From IMG/VR virus record IMGVR_UViG_3300021960_000065, positions 2,565-66,564 of that record: a DNA stretch of 64,000 nucleotides; one strand, given 5' to 3'. The translations under genes and the position numbers were made by a program. Source of the DNA: a virus (taxonomy: Duplodnaviria > Caudoviricetes). The number at the start of each line of letters is the position of its first letter. The first letter of the stretch is position 1. Shown piece by piece: positions 19,711 to 29,731 of this stretch. Below the pieces are notes generated by a model. It had not been told where the DNA came from. It worked only from the letters and a program-made list of their open reading frames with translations, and made no database searches.

Positions 19711-20877
19711 TCAACTCAAGTCACGGATTTTACCGCTTGCCTTGAAGAAAGCACAAATCAATTCGCCCATCGTGTGAAACATTCCCATTTGCCCCAAGCG
19801 GTTGATACCGAATGGGTCGCCCGTTTCAATACCGCTTTCGTGGTAAAGGGTAGGCTTGGCGGTGGTGAACCACAGGTAGTCGGTGTCAAGGAAATAGAGG
19901 CGAGAAGAACCGCCCGTTTCCTTGTGAACATCTTTGGAGGGGATGATTGGGACACCGTTGTAGGTAGCGACCATGAAGCCACCCTGAATGCCCGGAACAC
20001 CCTTCACACCATTGACACCCGGCACGACACGCTTCATTTCAACGAAGCGTTGTTGAGGTTGTAGCAATTGCTGAATGGTTTCAAGAGTGTCGTAGCCCGT
20101 AAGGATGACCTTTGGCTGACCGCCCGCTTCCCACACTTGTCGGAACATTCCGTCAAGGATGTTCAGGGACAATGCACGCTCGGCACTTGATGCACCTGCA
20201 TCCACTTGAGCGTCATACCACTGAGCCGACCCTGCGGTTTGACCTGCACGAGAGAGCGAATAGATGTTGTGATCCGATTCAGCACTCACATCGGTGAAGG
20301 TGTTGAAGTCCTCCACATAGGAATTGGAGGTGATACGGTCAAGGGACTCAAAGTCGTTTCCTGCGGTGGTATCAATGTCACTCAACAGCATTTGGTTGAT
20401 GTGTTCAGTGTGGTGCTTTGCCATTTCCATTTTGATGACAGCACGAGCATCACCAAGACCGTCATCCTTGTCAGCAAGGAACATGGCGGTTTCGGTGAGG
20501 TCAAAGGTGTGAGCCACAGTCTTTGGCTTCGTGCTAACCTCAGCGAAGGTTGGCTTGGTGGTTTCAGGGAGGGTTGCGTTCTCAGGAACACCGCCACCCT
20601 TCGTGAAGTCGGGCTTGGCGGTGGTGACACGCCATCCACTCTTCTCCCAAGGCTTCTTGGGGAGAATGCTGAAAGCGTTGAATTCTTGGTTCAATTGCGA
20701 CCAAACCTTGCGACCAAAAATCGCTTGGTAAGTGCCACTCGTTGAAGAGGCGAGAGGTGAATCGGCTTTCAAGAGGTCAGTGCCACTGTAAGCCCATGCG
20801 TTCTGTCCTGCACCTGCACCGTAATACAGGCGTTCCATGTCCTCAATTGTTCGGATATATCCTTGACTTCCACTCAT
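19711..20877 (-). CDS. Major capsid protein (HK97 fold)
   Basis: 388 aa after the protease; FSILPKKPW, F+SLDR, YNGVPIIPS, YFLDTD motifs; GGTGA RBS. Confidence 0.9.
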   Translation of the reverse strand: MSGSQGYIRTIEDMERLYYGAGAGQNAWAYSGTDLLKADSPLASSTSGTYQAIFGRKVWSQLNQEFNAFSILPKKPWEKSGWRVTTAKPDFTKGGGVPENATLPETTKPTFAEVSTKPKTVAHTFDLTETAMFLADKDDGLGDARAVIKMEMAKHHTEHINQMLLSDIDTTAGNDFESLDRITSNSYVEDFNTFTDVSAESDHNIYSLSRAGQTAGSAQWYDAQVDAGASSAERALSLNILDGMFRQVWEAGGQPKVILTGYDTLETIQQLLQPQQRFVEMKRVVPGVNGVKGVPGIQGGFMVATYNGVPIIPSKDVHKETGGSSRLYFLDTDYLWFTTAKPTLYHESGIETGDPFGINRLGQMGMFHTMGELICAFFKASGKIRDLS

Positions 20878-20888
20878 TTTCAATCACC

Positions 20889-22217
20889 TCAAAGGTTTCC
20901 TCCAACCATTGAACGATGGCCCAATTCTTCCAAAGCACGCCATGCGTCAAGTCCATTTCCAAGTGCTGCGTATTCGTCATGCGTCGGCACTCGCACAGCG
21001 TTCTCGGAAGGCACAGGAACGGCTGACTTTTGGATTTCAGCGTTCTCAGTGCGGAGGGAGTCAATTTCAGCCTTCAGGAAGGCGATTTGGGAAGTGAAGT
21101 CTTTGGACTTGTGGATTTCCAATGCTCGTTGCGTTTCGGCTTCGTAGCGTTCATTCCACTCCTTCTCCACAAGGGACTTCACAGCCTCTTCGTCACGGAT
21201 TGAGGCGTAGGTTCGGTAGCCACGCTCAAGGGACTCAGGGGAGAGGTCAGCACCCTTGATGACATTTCCACCCTTTGATTGTGGGTGTTGCATCTGTGGT
21301 GCGTTCTTGATGACATACTTGTTGGCACGAGCGTTGCCGAGAGCAGGTCGTGGGGCGAGGGTTGCATCCTCACCACTGCCGTAAAGGTCGCCTTGTCCTC
21401 GGTGGTTGAAACCATGTTCACCATCAACGCCCACCATGTAGGCTTTGCCGAGTCCAAAGTGACCTCGTAGGCCATCCAAATCAACACCTTGCTCGTGTGC
21501 GAATTTTTCAAGGGTGTCAATGTAGGCGACAGCCGATTGCTCGGCTTTGCCCAAGTCATCCTTTTCGCACTCGCACTCGGCCATGTTGCATGAACCGCAC
21601 ACCTTTGCGCTCTTTTCCATTTCTAAACCCTTGCTGATTCGGGCAAGGGCATCTCTTACTTCGGTCAAAACATTCGTTTCTTCTGTCATTTCGTTCACAT
21701 CCATTTTCAATAGGGTGTAGCGGGATTCAGGATTGATTCCCTTTTTGCACAGGGTAATTTCGTGCAATTCCATGTCCGTAATTTCCCTGTGGCTTCCATG
21801 TTCGGGAGTCGTCTTGTTCACTCGGAACAAGGCTTGTCCACCAATGGAGAATGCTCGCAATTCGCCGTTGCGAATTTGCTTTTGGACTTCACGGGCTTTT
21901 TCAATGTCGTTTCGGATTTGGCAAACCACGAATAGCCCGTGATCATCCACTTCGGATTTCCAAACCCGCCCTTCACTATCAGTGTAGGAAGGAAGCACTT
22001 GACCCACTTGAATACCGCTGTGGGCCAATTGAACATTACGATAGGATGGGTTGTCCATAAAGCCCCCAAATGCCTTCTTCAATGCACTAACGGGGATTCT
22101 GTCACCCTGCTTGTCCACCATATCAACGGAGGCATACCCGGCAATAACCAAGTCCCCATTGGAGTCGGACTTCAGGATGAAGTCTTGTCCAACAGCCGAC
22201 CATGTTGCCGTGTTCAT
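20889..22217 (-). CDS. Prohead protease fused to scaffold domain
   Basis: IAGYASVDMVDKQGD, LAHS (His), AFSIGG (Ser), LHEITLC..GIN; helical C-terminal half. Confidence 0.9.
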   Translation of the reverse strand: MNTATWSAVGQDFILKSDSNGDLVIAGYASVDMVDKQGDRIPVSALKKAFGGFMDNPSYRNVQLAHSGIQVGQVLPSYTDSEGRVWKSEVDDHGLFVVCQIRNDIEKAREVQKQIRNGELRAFSIGGQALFRVNKTTPEHGSHREITDMELHEITLCKKGINPESRYTLLKMDVNEMTEETNVLTEVRDALARISKGLEMEKSAKVCGSCNMAECECEKDDLGKAEQSAVAYIDTLEKFAHEQGVDLDGLRGHFGLGKAYMVGVDGEHGFNHRGQGDLYGSGEDATLAPRPALGNARANKYVIKNAPQMQHPQSKGGNVIKGADLSPESLERGYRTYASIRDEEAVKSLVEKEWNERYEAETQRALEIHKSKDFTSQIAFLKAEIDSLRTENAEIQKSAVPVPSENAVRVPTHDEYAALGNGLDAWRALEELGHRSMVGGNL

Positions 22218-22240
22218 TGAACAAGGAAAATCGGGTTATC

Positions 22241-22249
22241 CTATATGAA
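22241..22249 (-). promoter_or_regulatory. TATA-like element TTCATATAG upstream of protease/MCP
   Basis: 24-32 nt upstream of ATG 22217; the same 9-mer occurs at 63949 on +. Confidence 0.45.
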
Positions 22250-22261
22250 GCGATTGGTTGC

Positions 22262-25200
22262 TCACATAATAGGCATTTGCTCGCCATCGCCTTCCTGTTC
22301 AACGATTACTTCTTTTTCTTCGGCCTGTTCCACATTCGTTTTGCGTGGCACTCTAAACACGGCACGACCACCTTCAATATCCAATTCGCCTTCCATTTCG
22401 TTGCCGACCTTATCCGTTCTCTTGACGGATATGTGCTTCGGCATATTCAACGGTGTTTCATCAGCCATTCCGTTGGGGTCAAACATGGGTATGCCCTCGT
22501 CATCAACCAAAGAAGTCGGCCCTCGTGGTGAAGTCATCATATCCATTTCACCACCCCATCCCCCACCTGATAGTGAACCGCTGATTCTCGCAAGCGTTGT
22601 TCCCTGTTTGGTTTCAATGGTGTCATCATCAATTGCTTCATTGACCGACCATTCGCCTTCTTCCGTTCTTTCAAGGCCATATTCAGCACCATATCGCTCA
22701 AGCATATTCTCAGTCAAGCCCTTGATTTTGTCAATAAGGCTCTCCGCTGAGAACGCTTTGTCAGCACTGATGATGTGTGATCGTGCATGGCTCAATATGC
22801 TCGCCACCTTATCCTCTTCACCATTTGGCTCAACCAAAGTGGCTCGTGTGAATGTAAAGGTGTCCTTTGTCACGAATGGTGGTGGATAGAGGGATAACTC
22901 CCGCTGACCCATTTTTAGGAGGTGAACACCAACAGAACCCCAAACCCCAATCTGTTTTTCTGCGTGTCGTGCCAAAGGACTGTTTGGTTCAATGCTCATC
23001 ACATTGAATGCGTTGCCATCCCACTCGCCTTTCACCACCAACGGTGAACGATGACCGGGATATTCCAACAGAATGTTTTCTCCATCGTTTGACACAAACG
23101 GCAGGGTTGTGCCTTTTGTCAAACCGTCTTGACTTGGAGTGTATAGCACCCACAAATGATGAGCCTCTTTGCCCTTAGCAAAGGTGGACTGTGCGTCACG
23201 AATCCACAGGTCGCCACCAATCGCCTCACTATTTTTCAACAAACCCTCTTTGTCGGTAAATTTCGTATCAAGAGGCATAGGGAATGATATGTTGTCATTC
23301 GTGTGATACATGGTGCGAAGGATTTGGAGTCTGTCCTCCAATGGATCCATGTGAATATCCTCGCCACGATGCACCAACAAATCCATAGCACGCAGGTGCT
23401 TGCCCTTCAAGAAAGCATCAAACACAAAGTCGCCCATCTGTTCACGGACACCTTCTTTCACAATGTCAGGCAATTTGGTTTCTTTGCCCTTCTTATCCTT
23501 AGCAGTGATTTTGCTGCCCTTCTTTTCAACAAACAGACGCTTCCCTTCGGGCTTCTTTTGAACAACCCAATCCCCTGAAAAGCCACGCAATTCCTCAATG
23601 TCATCCAATTTATACACTGTGTGGGCAGGAACGAGTGGCGTTTCAAAAACACCTGTTGGTTCATAGTCATCGGCTTTGAACAAGTCACCACTAATGGCGG
23701 GAATGTGACCCATGTTGTTTGTGACATAGAGTGCAGGTGCATCCTTTTGCTTTGGTGCGATTGGGCGGTCAGCGTGAGTGGGGTCAATCATCTGCAAATG
23801 GCCTTCGTGGACTGTTTTTTGCAGGGAATCAAACGGCTTATCCTTGACATCAAAGCGGATGCCGTTTGCGTCTTTATCCCAATTCCATGCCAATGTTGCG
23901 GGCATTTTGTGACCCCAAGCATCCATGTCACCACTCAAATATACAGGCGGAGTGGTGGCTTCACTTGTTGGGTGAACAGGCCCAACATTGACTTCTTTTG
24001 GTGCTAACCCATCTCCAAGCACCATAGGGGCGAGCGTGCGGGTGTTCGGATTTGACCCACGCATCATGTAATAATTCGCTGCCTGAGCCAATTGCTGAAC
24101 ATTCCCACGACTGATGGTATTCGCCAACACATTCTCATTTGGTGCATTGGTGCTGAATACATCCGAGCCATAGCGTTGCATGACTTCTTTTGCCATTTCT
24201 TGCATGACTTGACCCAAATTGGCATCCATTTTTTCATAGTGGTCGTTGTGATAAGTGTGATATTGTTCGTCACCGGGATGACGCTCTCGTGTTGGGCCGA
24301 TGCGTGGCATACCCATGTCGCTATGGGATGAAATGATTCGCCCAAGTGGTTGTTGAGTGAGAGCCAACGAGGGAATAATCATCCGCTTGCCACTCCCTGC
24401 CACTTCGCTTGGGTGCAGGTGTTGTTGATTGGCAACGGTATTCCAAAGACCCCTTCGCCTGTTGAATGAACGCACACGGGGGTTTTCCGATCCTGCTTCC
24501 CAACCACTCCCAATTGCTGATTTATGTGGATGGTTTTGCATAACAGGGTGATTGATGGTCTGTGGGAAAAATGACGAACCACTTCCGTGAAACGAATCGT
24601 CTTGGTCGTTTAGGGGATGGGTTCGGTCTGTCAAATATCCCATTAGTGCTTCACCAAGCCAACCCTCAAACGCTGCGGGATAGGATTGAGTGAGAGCCGA
24701 CACCAACGAATTGGCATCACGACCAACACCGCCCCAAAATTGATACGGACTCCAATGATGATGGGTATGTGATGGCTCAATCCCACCTTCGTCATTCAAC
24801 ACAAACGGTGACTTGAAGTGATTCAAACCTTGAGGAACAGGCTCAGGACTCACAGGCCCATGATGATGTGAAGCCCGTTCCCACCATTTTGAAAGCGGAG
24901 TCATGCGCTCAAACCAATTACGCTTTGCACGATCCCATGATAGCCCCGCATCGGCTTTGAAATTGTTAGCAATACGCCTTGCTTCAGGGCTTTCTTCACC
25001 TTCTGTTTGCCCCATTTTCTTGAGCAATTCCATGAAAGCGTGCCGTTGCTCAGGGGTTTGCCATTCAGTCCCAAACAGGTATGAAAGCAAACCAAGACGG
25101 CTTGTGTTTTTCGCCATCATCCCCCCTTTCTGTTGAACATTTGCACCCCATTGGCGTGCCTTCATTTCACGATATTCTTCATCGCTCAAAAACGAATTGC

Positions 25201-25771
25201 GGTCATTACGGTCTTGTTGATACAAGTCCATCATGCTCTCGCTTGGGCGACCAAGCAAATCCTCGTATTCAAAGGGAACAATGTCACGCCTCTCCATTTC
25301 CTGCATGGCGTGAAGCATATTGTGTCCATCCTCATCCTCTTTGATCATTTCAAACAAATGCTCAATGAAATGAGGGTTGCCCCATTGTGAACCATGTAGC
25401 AAAGGCATTACACAGTTATCCCAAGACAACGGGTGGCGTTTGCCAAATGGATTTTCCTCATGCGCTTTCGGCCAATCCTCAGCGTAATTTGTGCTAAATC
25501 GCCGTTGTCCTGCAACATAATCGTCATACCCATCGGGCAAATTGAGGTTTGAAAGGATGCTTGGTTTATCCAAATCCTGCATTCGGTATGGCGGTTGTTC
25601 CGTAGCCATTGGCATCATAGCCATGAGTGCGGAATCCTCCTTCTCAATGGCTTTACCGTCAGCATAGAATTCCTCACACGCTTTGAGGTAAAGCGTGGAG
25701 TCAAAATTAGGGTTGGTGTGAAAAGAAACCAAAGCATCGGTTCGGATGCGAATGAATTCTTCACGGTTCAC
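22262..25771 (-). CDS. Large head-region protein with degenerate ATP-dependent ligase adenylation domain
   Basis: WVVQKKPEGKRL (KxDG-like), FVFDAFL, AMDLL..RGED....PLEDRLQILR, LWIRDAQS. Confidence 0.65.
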   Translation of the reverse strand: MNREEFIRIRTDALVSFHTNPNFDSTLYLKACEEFYADGKAIEKEDSALMAMMPMATEQPPYRMQDLDKPSILSNLNLPDGYDDYVAGQRRFSTNYAEDWPKAHEENPFGKRHPLSWDNCVMPLLHGSQWGNPHFIEHLFEMIKEDEDGHNMLHAMQEMERRDIVPFEYEDLLGRPSESMMDLYQQDRNDRNSFLSDEEYREMKARQWGANVQQKGGMMAKNTSRLGLLSYLFGTEWQTPEQRHAFMELLKKMGQTEGEESPEARRIANNFKADAGLSWDRAKRNWFERMTPLSKWWERASHHHGPVSPEPVPQGLNHFKSPFVLNDEGGIEPSHTHHHWSPYQFWGGVGRDANSLVSALTQSYPAAFEGWLGEALMGYLTDRTHPLNDQDDSFHGSGSSFFPQTINHPVMQNHPHKSAIGSGWEAGSENPRVRSFNRRRGLWNTVANQQHLHPSEVAGSGKRMIIPSLALTQQPLGRIISSHSDMGMPRIGPTRERHPGDEQYHTYHNDHYEKMDANLGQVMQEMAKEVMQRYGSDVFSTNAPNENVLANTISRGNVQQLAQAANYYMMRGSNPNTRTLAPMVLGDGLAPKEVNVGPVHPTSEATTPPVYLSGDMDAWGHKMPATLAWNWDKDANGIRFDVKDKPFDSLQKTVHEGHLQMIDPTHADRPIAPKQKDAPALYVTNNMGHIPAISGDLFKADDYEPTGVFETPLVPAHTVYKLDDIEELRGFSGDWVVQKKPEGKRLFVEKKGSKITAKDKKGKETKLPDIVKEGVREQMGDFVFDAFLKGKHLRAMDLLVHRGEDIHMDPLEDRLQILRTMYHTNDNISFPMPLDTKFTDKEGLLKNSEAIGGDLWIRDAQSTFAKGKEAHHLWVLYTPSQDGLTKGTTLPFVSNDGENILLEYPGHRSPLVVKGEWDGNAFNVMSIEPNSPLARHAEKQIGVWGSVGVHLLKMGQRELSLYPPPFVTKDTFTFTRATLVEPNGEEDKVASILSHARSHIISADKAFSAESLIDKIKGLTENMLERYGAEYGLERTEEGEWSVNEAIDDDTIETKQGTTLARISGSLSGGGWGGEMDMMTSPRGPTSLVDDEGIPMFDPNGMADETPLNMPKHISVKRTDKVGNEMEGELDIEGGRAVFRVPRKTNVEQAEEKEVIVEQEGDGEQMPIM

Positions 25772-25780
25772 GGTATCACC

Positions 25781-26575
25781 TCATTGGTGATTACCGATTT
25801 TCTCAATGAGGAATGCGATTTCATTGAGCAATCCTGAGTCACCACCCATCTTGTGTAGTGTGGCTAAGGAATCCTCAATGGGTGCGAGGTTTGGCTCGCC
25901 TTTCCTGTCGCCACCATCAACCAAATTCATGTGCAGGGTGCTTCCGTTTTCGTCATATCCCGTCTTAGCAAAAGCAAAAATTTTCGCTGTTTCACTGATT
26001 GGTGACGAAGCGGGGGCTTTTTCTGTGTAAAACGGAATAGTGCCGTTTGTTTGATATGGTTTTGCTTCAACAGGCGTTCCACCCGAATAGTCAATGAATT
26101 GCGGTGAAATGTTTTCAACGCCACTTTCTTGTTGATATTTGGCGATGATTTCCGAAGTCAAATCCTCTTTCTTGACCTTCTTTGAATCGGCTTCTTCCTT
26201 ATCCTTGATTTTATCCGAAATGAACGGGTTTGGTGCTGATGCACCGCCCACATTCATTTGGGTTTTCATGCTGTGGCGAGGCTTGTTCGTTCCTCCCGTT
26301 GATGACGAAACAGGGGCATCGCCTTTCTTGACTTCTTTGAATGGGATTTTCTTATCGCCACGATCAGACTTGTAGTCGCCTGTTTCTTTGCCTTTCTTGG
26401 AGGCTTCAATTTTCTTGCCAACAGCCTTTTCCCAACCCGACAATTTGCCGTCTTTGTCACGGTCAGCCAAATGGGGTTTTTCCAAAGTCGCCTTTTCCAA
26501 TTCCTTAACCAAAGCGAACAATTCTCCGTGTGGAGTCTTTGCGGGTTCGTGCCATCGTGGTTGCATTTTCATCAC
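25781..26575 (-). CDS. Lys-rich hypothetical head-region protein
   Basis: Coupled ORF; EF-hand-like ADRDKDGKLSGWE; ELEK|A motif. Confidence 0.65.
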   Translation of the reverse strand: MMKMQPRWHEPAKTPHGELFALVKELEKATLEKPHLADRDKDGKLSGWEKAVGKKIEASKKGKETGDYKSDRGDKKIPFKEVKKGDAPVSSSTGGTNKPRHSMKTQMNVGGASAPNPFISDKIKDKEEADSKKVKKEDLTSEIIAKYQQESGVENISPQFIDYSGGTPVEAKPYQTNGTIPFYTEKAPASSPISETAKIFAFAKTGYDENGSTLHMNLVDGGDRKGEPNLAPIEDSLATLHKMGGDSGLLNEIAFLIEKIGNHQ

Positions 26576-26946
26576 CTGTAATTTCTGCTTGAAGGGCTAA
26601 CTTTTGGAGGCATCGCTGCCTCCATTGATTGCCACATTCGCAATTCCTCATCGGCACTACGCTTCTCAATCATAGCACCGTCACCTGAATTAAAGGCGGA
26701 GGTGAAAGAACCTCCATCGCCCAATTCCCTGTTAAGTGGGTCATAGACTTCATCAGCCATAGGGGTGATGGCCCGTAGCCAACCTGCCTTTCGCATCATT
26801 GTAGCGGGGTCATCCATAGCCTTCGTGAGCATGGCGTTTTCGGATTTTAGTGAGGTGACTTCGGCACGAAGGCTTCTCACCTCAGCAACCAATTCCTTAA
26901 GCAAATCAGCGGTTGCTTCTCCAACGGACAATTCCTCGCTCATCAC
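26572..26946 (-). CDS. Coiled-coil head-region protein
   Basis: Heptad pattern; MLTK|A motif. Confidence 0.65.
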   Translation of the reverse strand: MMSEELSVGEATADLLKELVAEVRSLRAEVTSLKSENAMLTKAMDDPATMMRKAGWLRAITPMADEVYDPLNRELGDGGSFTSAFNSGDGAMIEKRSADEELRMWQSMEAAMPPKVSPSSRNYR

Positions 26947-27542
26947 ATACCACCCATCATTGGTCCGGGCATCGGCATACCGCCCGGTGGCATTCCCGCA
27001 GGGCCGGGTGAAGGCATATTCATCAACGAGGATAAGTCGGGCATACCCCCGCCCATTTCAGCACCCGGTGTGTGTTGAACCATAGCGGAGTCCTTCAAAC
27101 GAATAACTTCGCACATATTGCGAATGTCCTCAACACGGCTTCGCAAAGCCATCATAGAGTTAGCGTGTCCAAGAACGGTATCACCGTCAAGGTTTTCGGA
27201 ATATCGGGATTGGCCGATTGTTCCAATGTGTGCTGTAATGTCGGTGGCAAGATCGGTGAGGCGTTGCTCAAAATCGGACAGGGCTTCTTTGCTTGAGGAA
27301 TACACTTTGCCCGATTGAGTGAGGGCATCCATTTCCTTTGGCGTTGGCGCACCCATTGACTCAGGTGGAGTCGGTGCGGGTGCGGGAGGTGAAACCTGTG
27401 CGGGCATCTGTGCCTGTTGTCCTGTTGGGTCGCCATCCTGTTTTCGCAACATCATGCTCTCACGCAAAGCGACCACTCTCATGCGGTCAGCAATTGATGG
27501 TGAAGCACGATACATTTGAATCAGTCCTGTTGTGGTCGCCAA
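26943..27542 (-). CDS. Pro/Met/Gly-rich helical protein (start uncertain)
   Basis: Coupled ORF after the portal gene. Confidence 0.6.
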   Translation of the reverse strand: MATTTGLIQMYRASPSIADRMRVVALRESMMLRKQDGDPTGQQAQMPAQVSPPAPAPTPPESMGAPTPKEMDALTQSGKVYSSSKEALSDFEQRLTDLATDITAHIGTIGQSRYSENLDGDTVLGHANSMMALRSRVEDIRNMCEVIRLKDSAMVQHTPGAEMGGGMPDLSSLMNMPSPGPAGMPPGGMPMPGPMMGGM

Positions 27543-27895
27543 AAGGTTGAGGAACGGCCATATCGGGACACTCCGAGAACGGTTGCCCCCTCAGTGCCGT
27601 CATAGTCGCTGACAGTGTTGCGGTGTTGCGACACATTACCAAGAACACGCCCATCGCCTTGAACACCACTCTCATCGCTTTTGGCAATCTGTGCCGTAGC
27701 CATGAAAGACTTGTGCAAATCCAAATCACGCTCAAGAATAGCGAGAGCATTCTTTGCCTCACTGATGTGCTTGGCAACATCATCGGTATTGTTGTGTGCG
27801 ATTGCCTGTTGCATGGCTTCCATGCTCGCTAAAGCACGCCTTGCCATAGGATCCATTTTCGTAATCAGTCCAAAATCAAGAAAGCCTTCCGTCAT
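27521..27895 (-). CDS. Hypothetical helical protein
   Basis: GGAGG RBS; LITK|M and IAK|S motifs. Confidence 0.6.
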   Translation of the reverse strand: MTEGFLDFGLITKMDPMARRALASMEAMQQAIAHNNTDDVAKHISEAKNALAILERDLDLHKSFMATAQIAKSDESGVQGDGRVLGNVSQHRNTVSDYDGTEGATVLGVSRYGRSSTFWRPQQD

Positions 27896-27937
27896 CTCAA
27901 TCAACCCTCCCCACACGCTTCACACAAATGAATGTTT

Positions 27938-29731
27938 TCATAAACCTAACCTCCGATTGAGGTTATTTAATTTTTCATCAACATTGGATTCGGCAGGGCT
28001 TCTTTCGCTTCGCCTGTCTTGAACGGTTTGGCTCATGTGATGCTCTCCGTCAAAGCGATTCACACGGTCAGGGCTTTTGCCACCACTTCTCCGTGAATGC
28101 AAATTCAATTGTGATTTGCCTCGTGTTCTCAATGGTCGCAAATCCGTTCCATGAGTGGTTGTCATAGCCGAAGGTATGGGGCGAGAGCCGTGAATGTCAT
28201 CCTCAACATTCCGTTTCCAAATTTCATCCATCGTTGGTGGTAAAATGTGGGATTTAGCCATCGCACCCCCACCTTGTTGCGGTGGCGCACCTTCGGGCGG
28301 TGGCCCTGCTTGTGGTGGTGGCGGTGGTGCTTCTTTGTAATCAAAGTGAAGGTAGCCATTGTCATCACGCAATTGAGCATCATAGCCCGCTTGCTTCATT
28401 TGCATCATGTTGCGGATAGCCATTTCATCCCTTCGCATAGCCATGATTTCATCCTCTTCCTCATGTGGATTGAGAGTGATTTCCCACTCGCTAATTTGAA
28501 GGGCTTCAAGCAATAGAGGGAATAGACGATTGTTATACAGGTTTTGACTTGAAGCCAAAGCCCGATTGGTGACGACAATTTGCATTCCTTCGTTGTTCAA
28601 GCCACCGCCCGACACATCATTCATAAACACATTTGACACACCGTAAAACGATGAAATGCGTTGGCGAATGTCGTCTTTGATCGGGATATATTGTAATTCT
28701 TCAAGGGTGTCCATCATACGCACATATTCAAGACCCCCACGACCCGTTTCTGTTTCAACACCAACCGTAGGAATGTATTGTGGGTCACGCTCAAGGTGTT
28801 CCTGAATGTTGCGTGCGGTTCGCTCAACGGTTTCAAGGTTGGATGATTTAATCACCATCACACCTCTCGGCATCCGCCTCTTTTGGTAAGCCGAATACAC
28901 ATAATTGTCCATCGCAATCAGCGTGTTCACTTGTCGCCATAGTGTAGCGACGGGCGAGCGACCATACAATTTTGAGGGCGACCATTTGCTCAAATGAATG
29001 ACTTCGCCTTCGGTATAGACCTGTCCTGCACCAACACCTGCGAGGTTCATGTAATGAATGGGAACAACGGGCAATCCTGTTTTCGGACATTTCTCATCCT
29101 TGTCGCTTGTGCGGAATGACCTGTCCAACAGGCTCGTGTATTGCTTGCCCCCACGCACACCACGCTTATCGGCAACGATACGCATGAAAATGGGGTCAGC
29201 ACGAGTGATTTCTTTGATGCGGTAAAATTGTGGTTGTCCTGTGTTGGGATCCACGAAATACTCCTTCGTGAGAATCAGGTATGCGTCATCAACAATGTTC
29301 AAGTCCATTTCCACTTCACGAAGGACTTCAAGGAATGATTGTGTCATTCGGTTGTCCTCGTGGAGAAGGGCGTTTGCATATTCCAATTGTCCCTTATCCG
29401 CCTCACGAACCTCGCCTCCGCACATACGGCACGAGTCCACTGCCTTGTTGTATTCTTCATCGCACTCTCGGCACTTCTTCACAAATTTTGGTTTCCATGT
29501 CCAACCTTTGCGGAATGTTTCAGTCGCCAAGTGATTGAGAATTGAACGCAACACCAAACACTCGTATGAGGCAGCGTATAGTGCGGGGATGGTAATACCC
29601 TGCAACAATGGAGGCTCTTGGACACCTGTGGTGAACAATGGCATCTGTGGCGTGGGTGTTTCATGGCGTTCCATGTCCATGCCAAGAGCCGAAAACAAAC
29701 GGTCAATGCGTTTCTTTTCACTCATGGGCAA
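27938..29731 (-). CDS. Portal protein with zinc-ribbon insertion
   Basis: DLNIVDDAYL, EVIH..KWSPSKLYGRSPV, RISSFYGVSN; position between TerL and protease. Confidence 0.88.
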   Translation of the reverse strand: MPMSEKKRIDRLFSALGMDMERHETPTPQMPLFTTGVQEPPLLQGITIPALYAASYECLVLRSILNHLATETFRKGWTWKPKFVKKCRECDEEYNKAVDSCRMCGGEVREADKGQLEYANALLHEDNRMTQSFLEVLREVEMDLNIVDDAYLILTKEYFVDPNTGQPQFYRIKEITRADPIFMRIVADKRGVRGGKQYTSLLDRSFRTSDKDEKCPKTGLPVVPIHYMNLAGVGAGQVYTEGEVIHLSKWSPSKLYGRSPVATLWRQVNTLIAMDNYVYSAYQKRRMPRGVMVIKSSNLETVERTARNIQEHLERDPQYIPTVGVETETGRGGLEYVRMMDTLEELQYIPIKDDIRQRISSFYGVSNVFMNDVSGGGLNNEGMQIVVTNRALASSQNLYNNRLFPLLLEALQISEWEITLNPHEEEDEIMAMRRDEMAIRNMMQMKQAGYDAQLRDDNGYLHFDYKEAPPPPPQAGPPPEGAPPQQGGGAMAKSHILPPTMDEIWKRNVEDDIHGSRPIPSAMTTTHGTDLRPLRTRGKSQLNLHSRRSGGKSPDRVNRFDGEHHMSQTVQDRRSERSPAESNVDEKLNNLNRRLGL

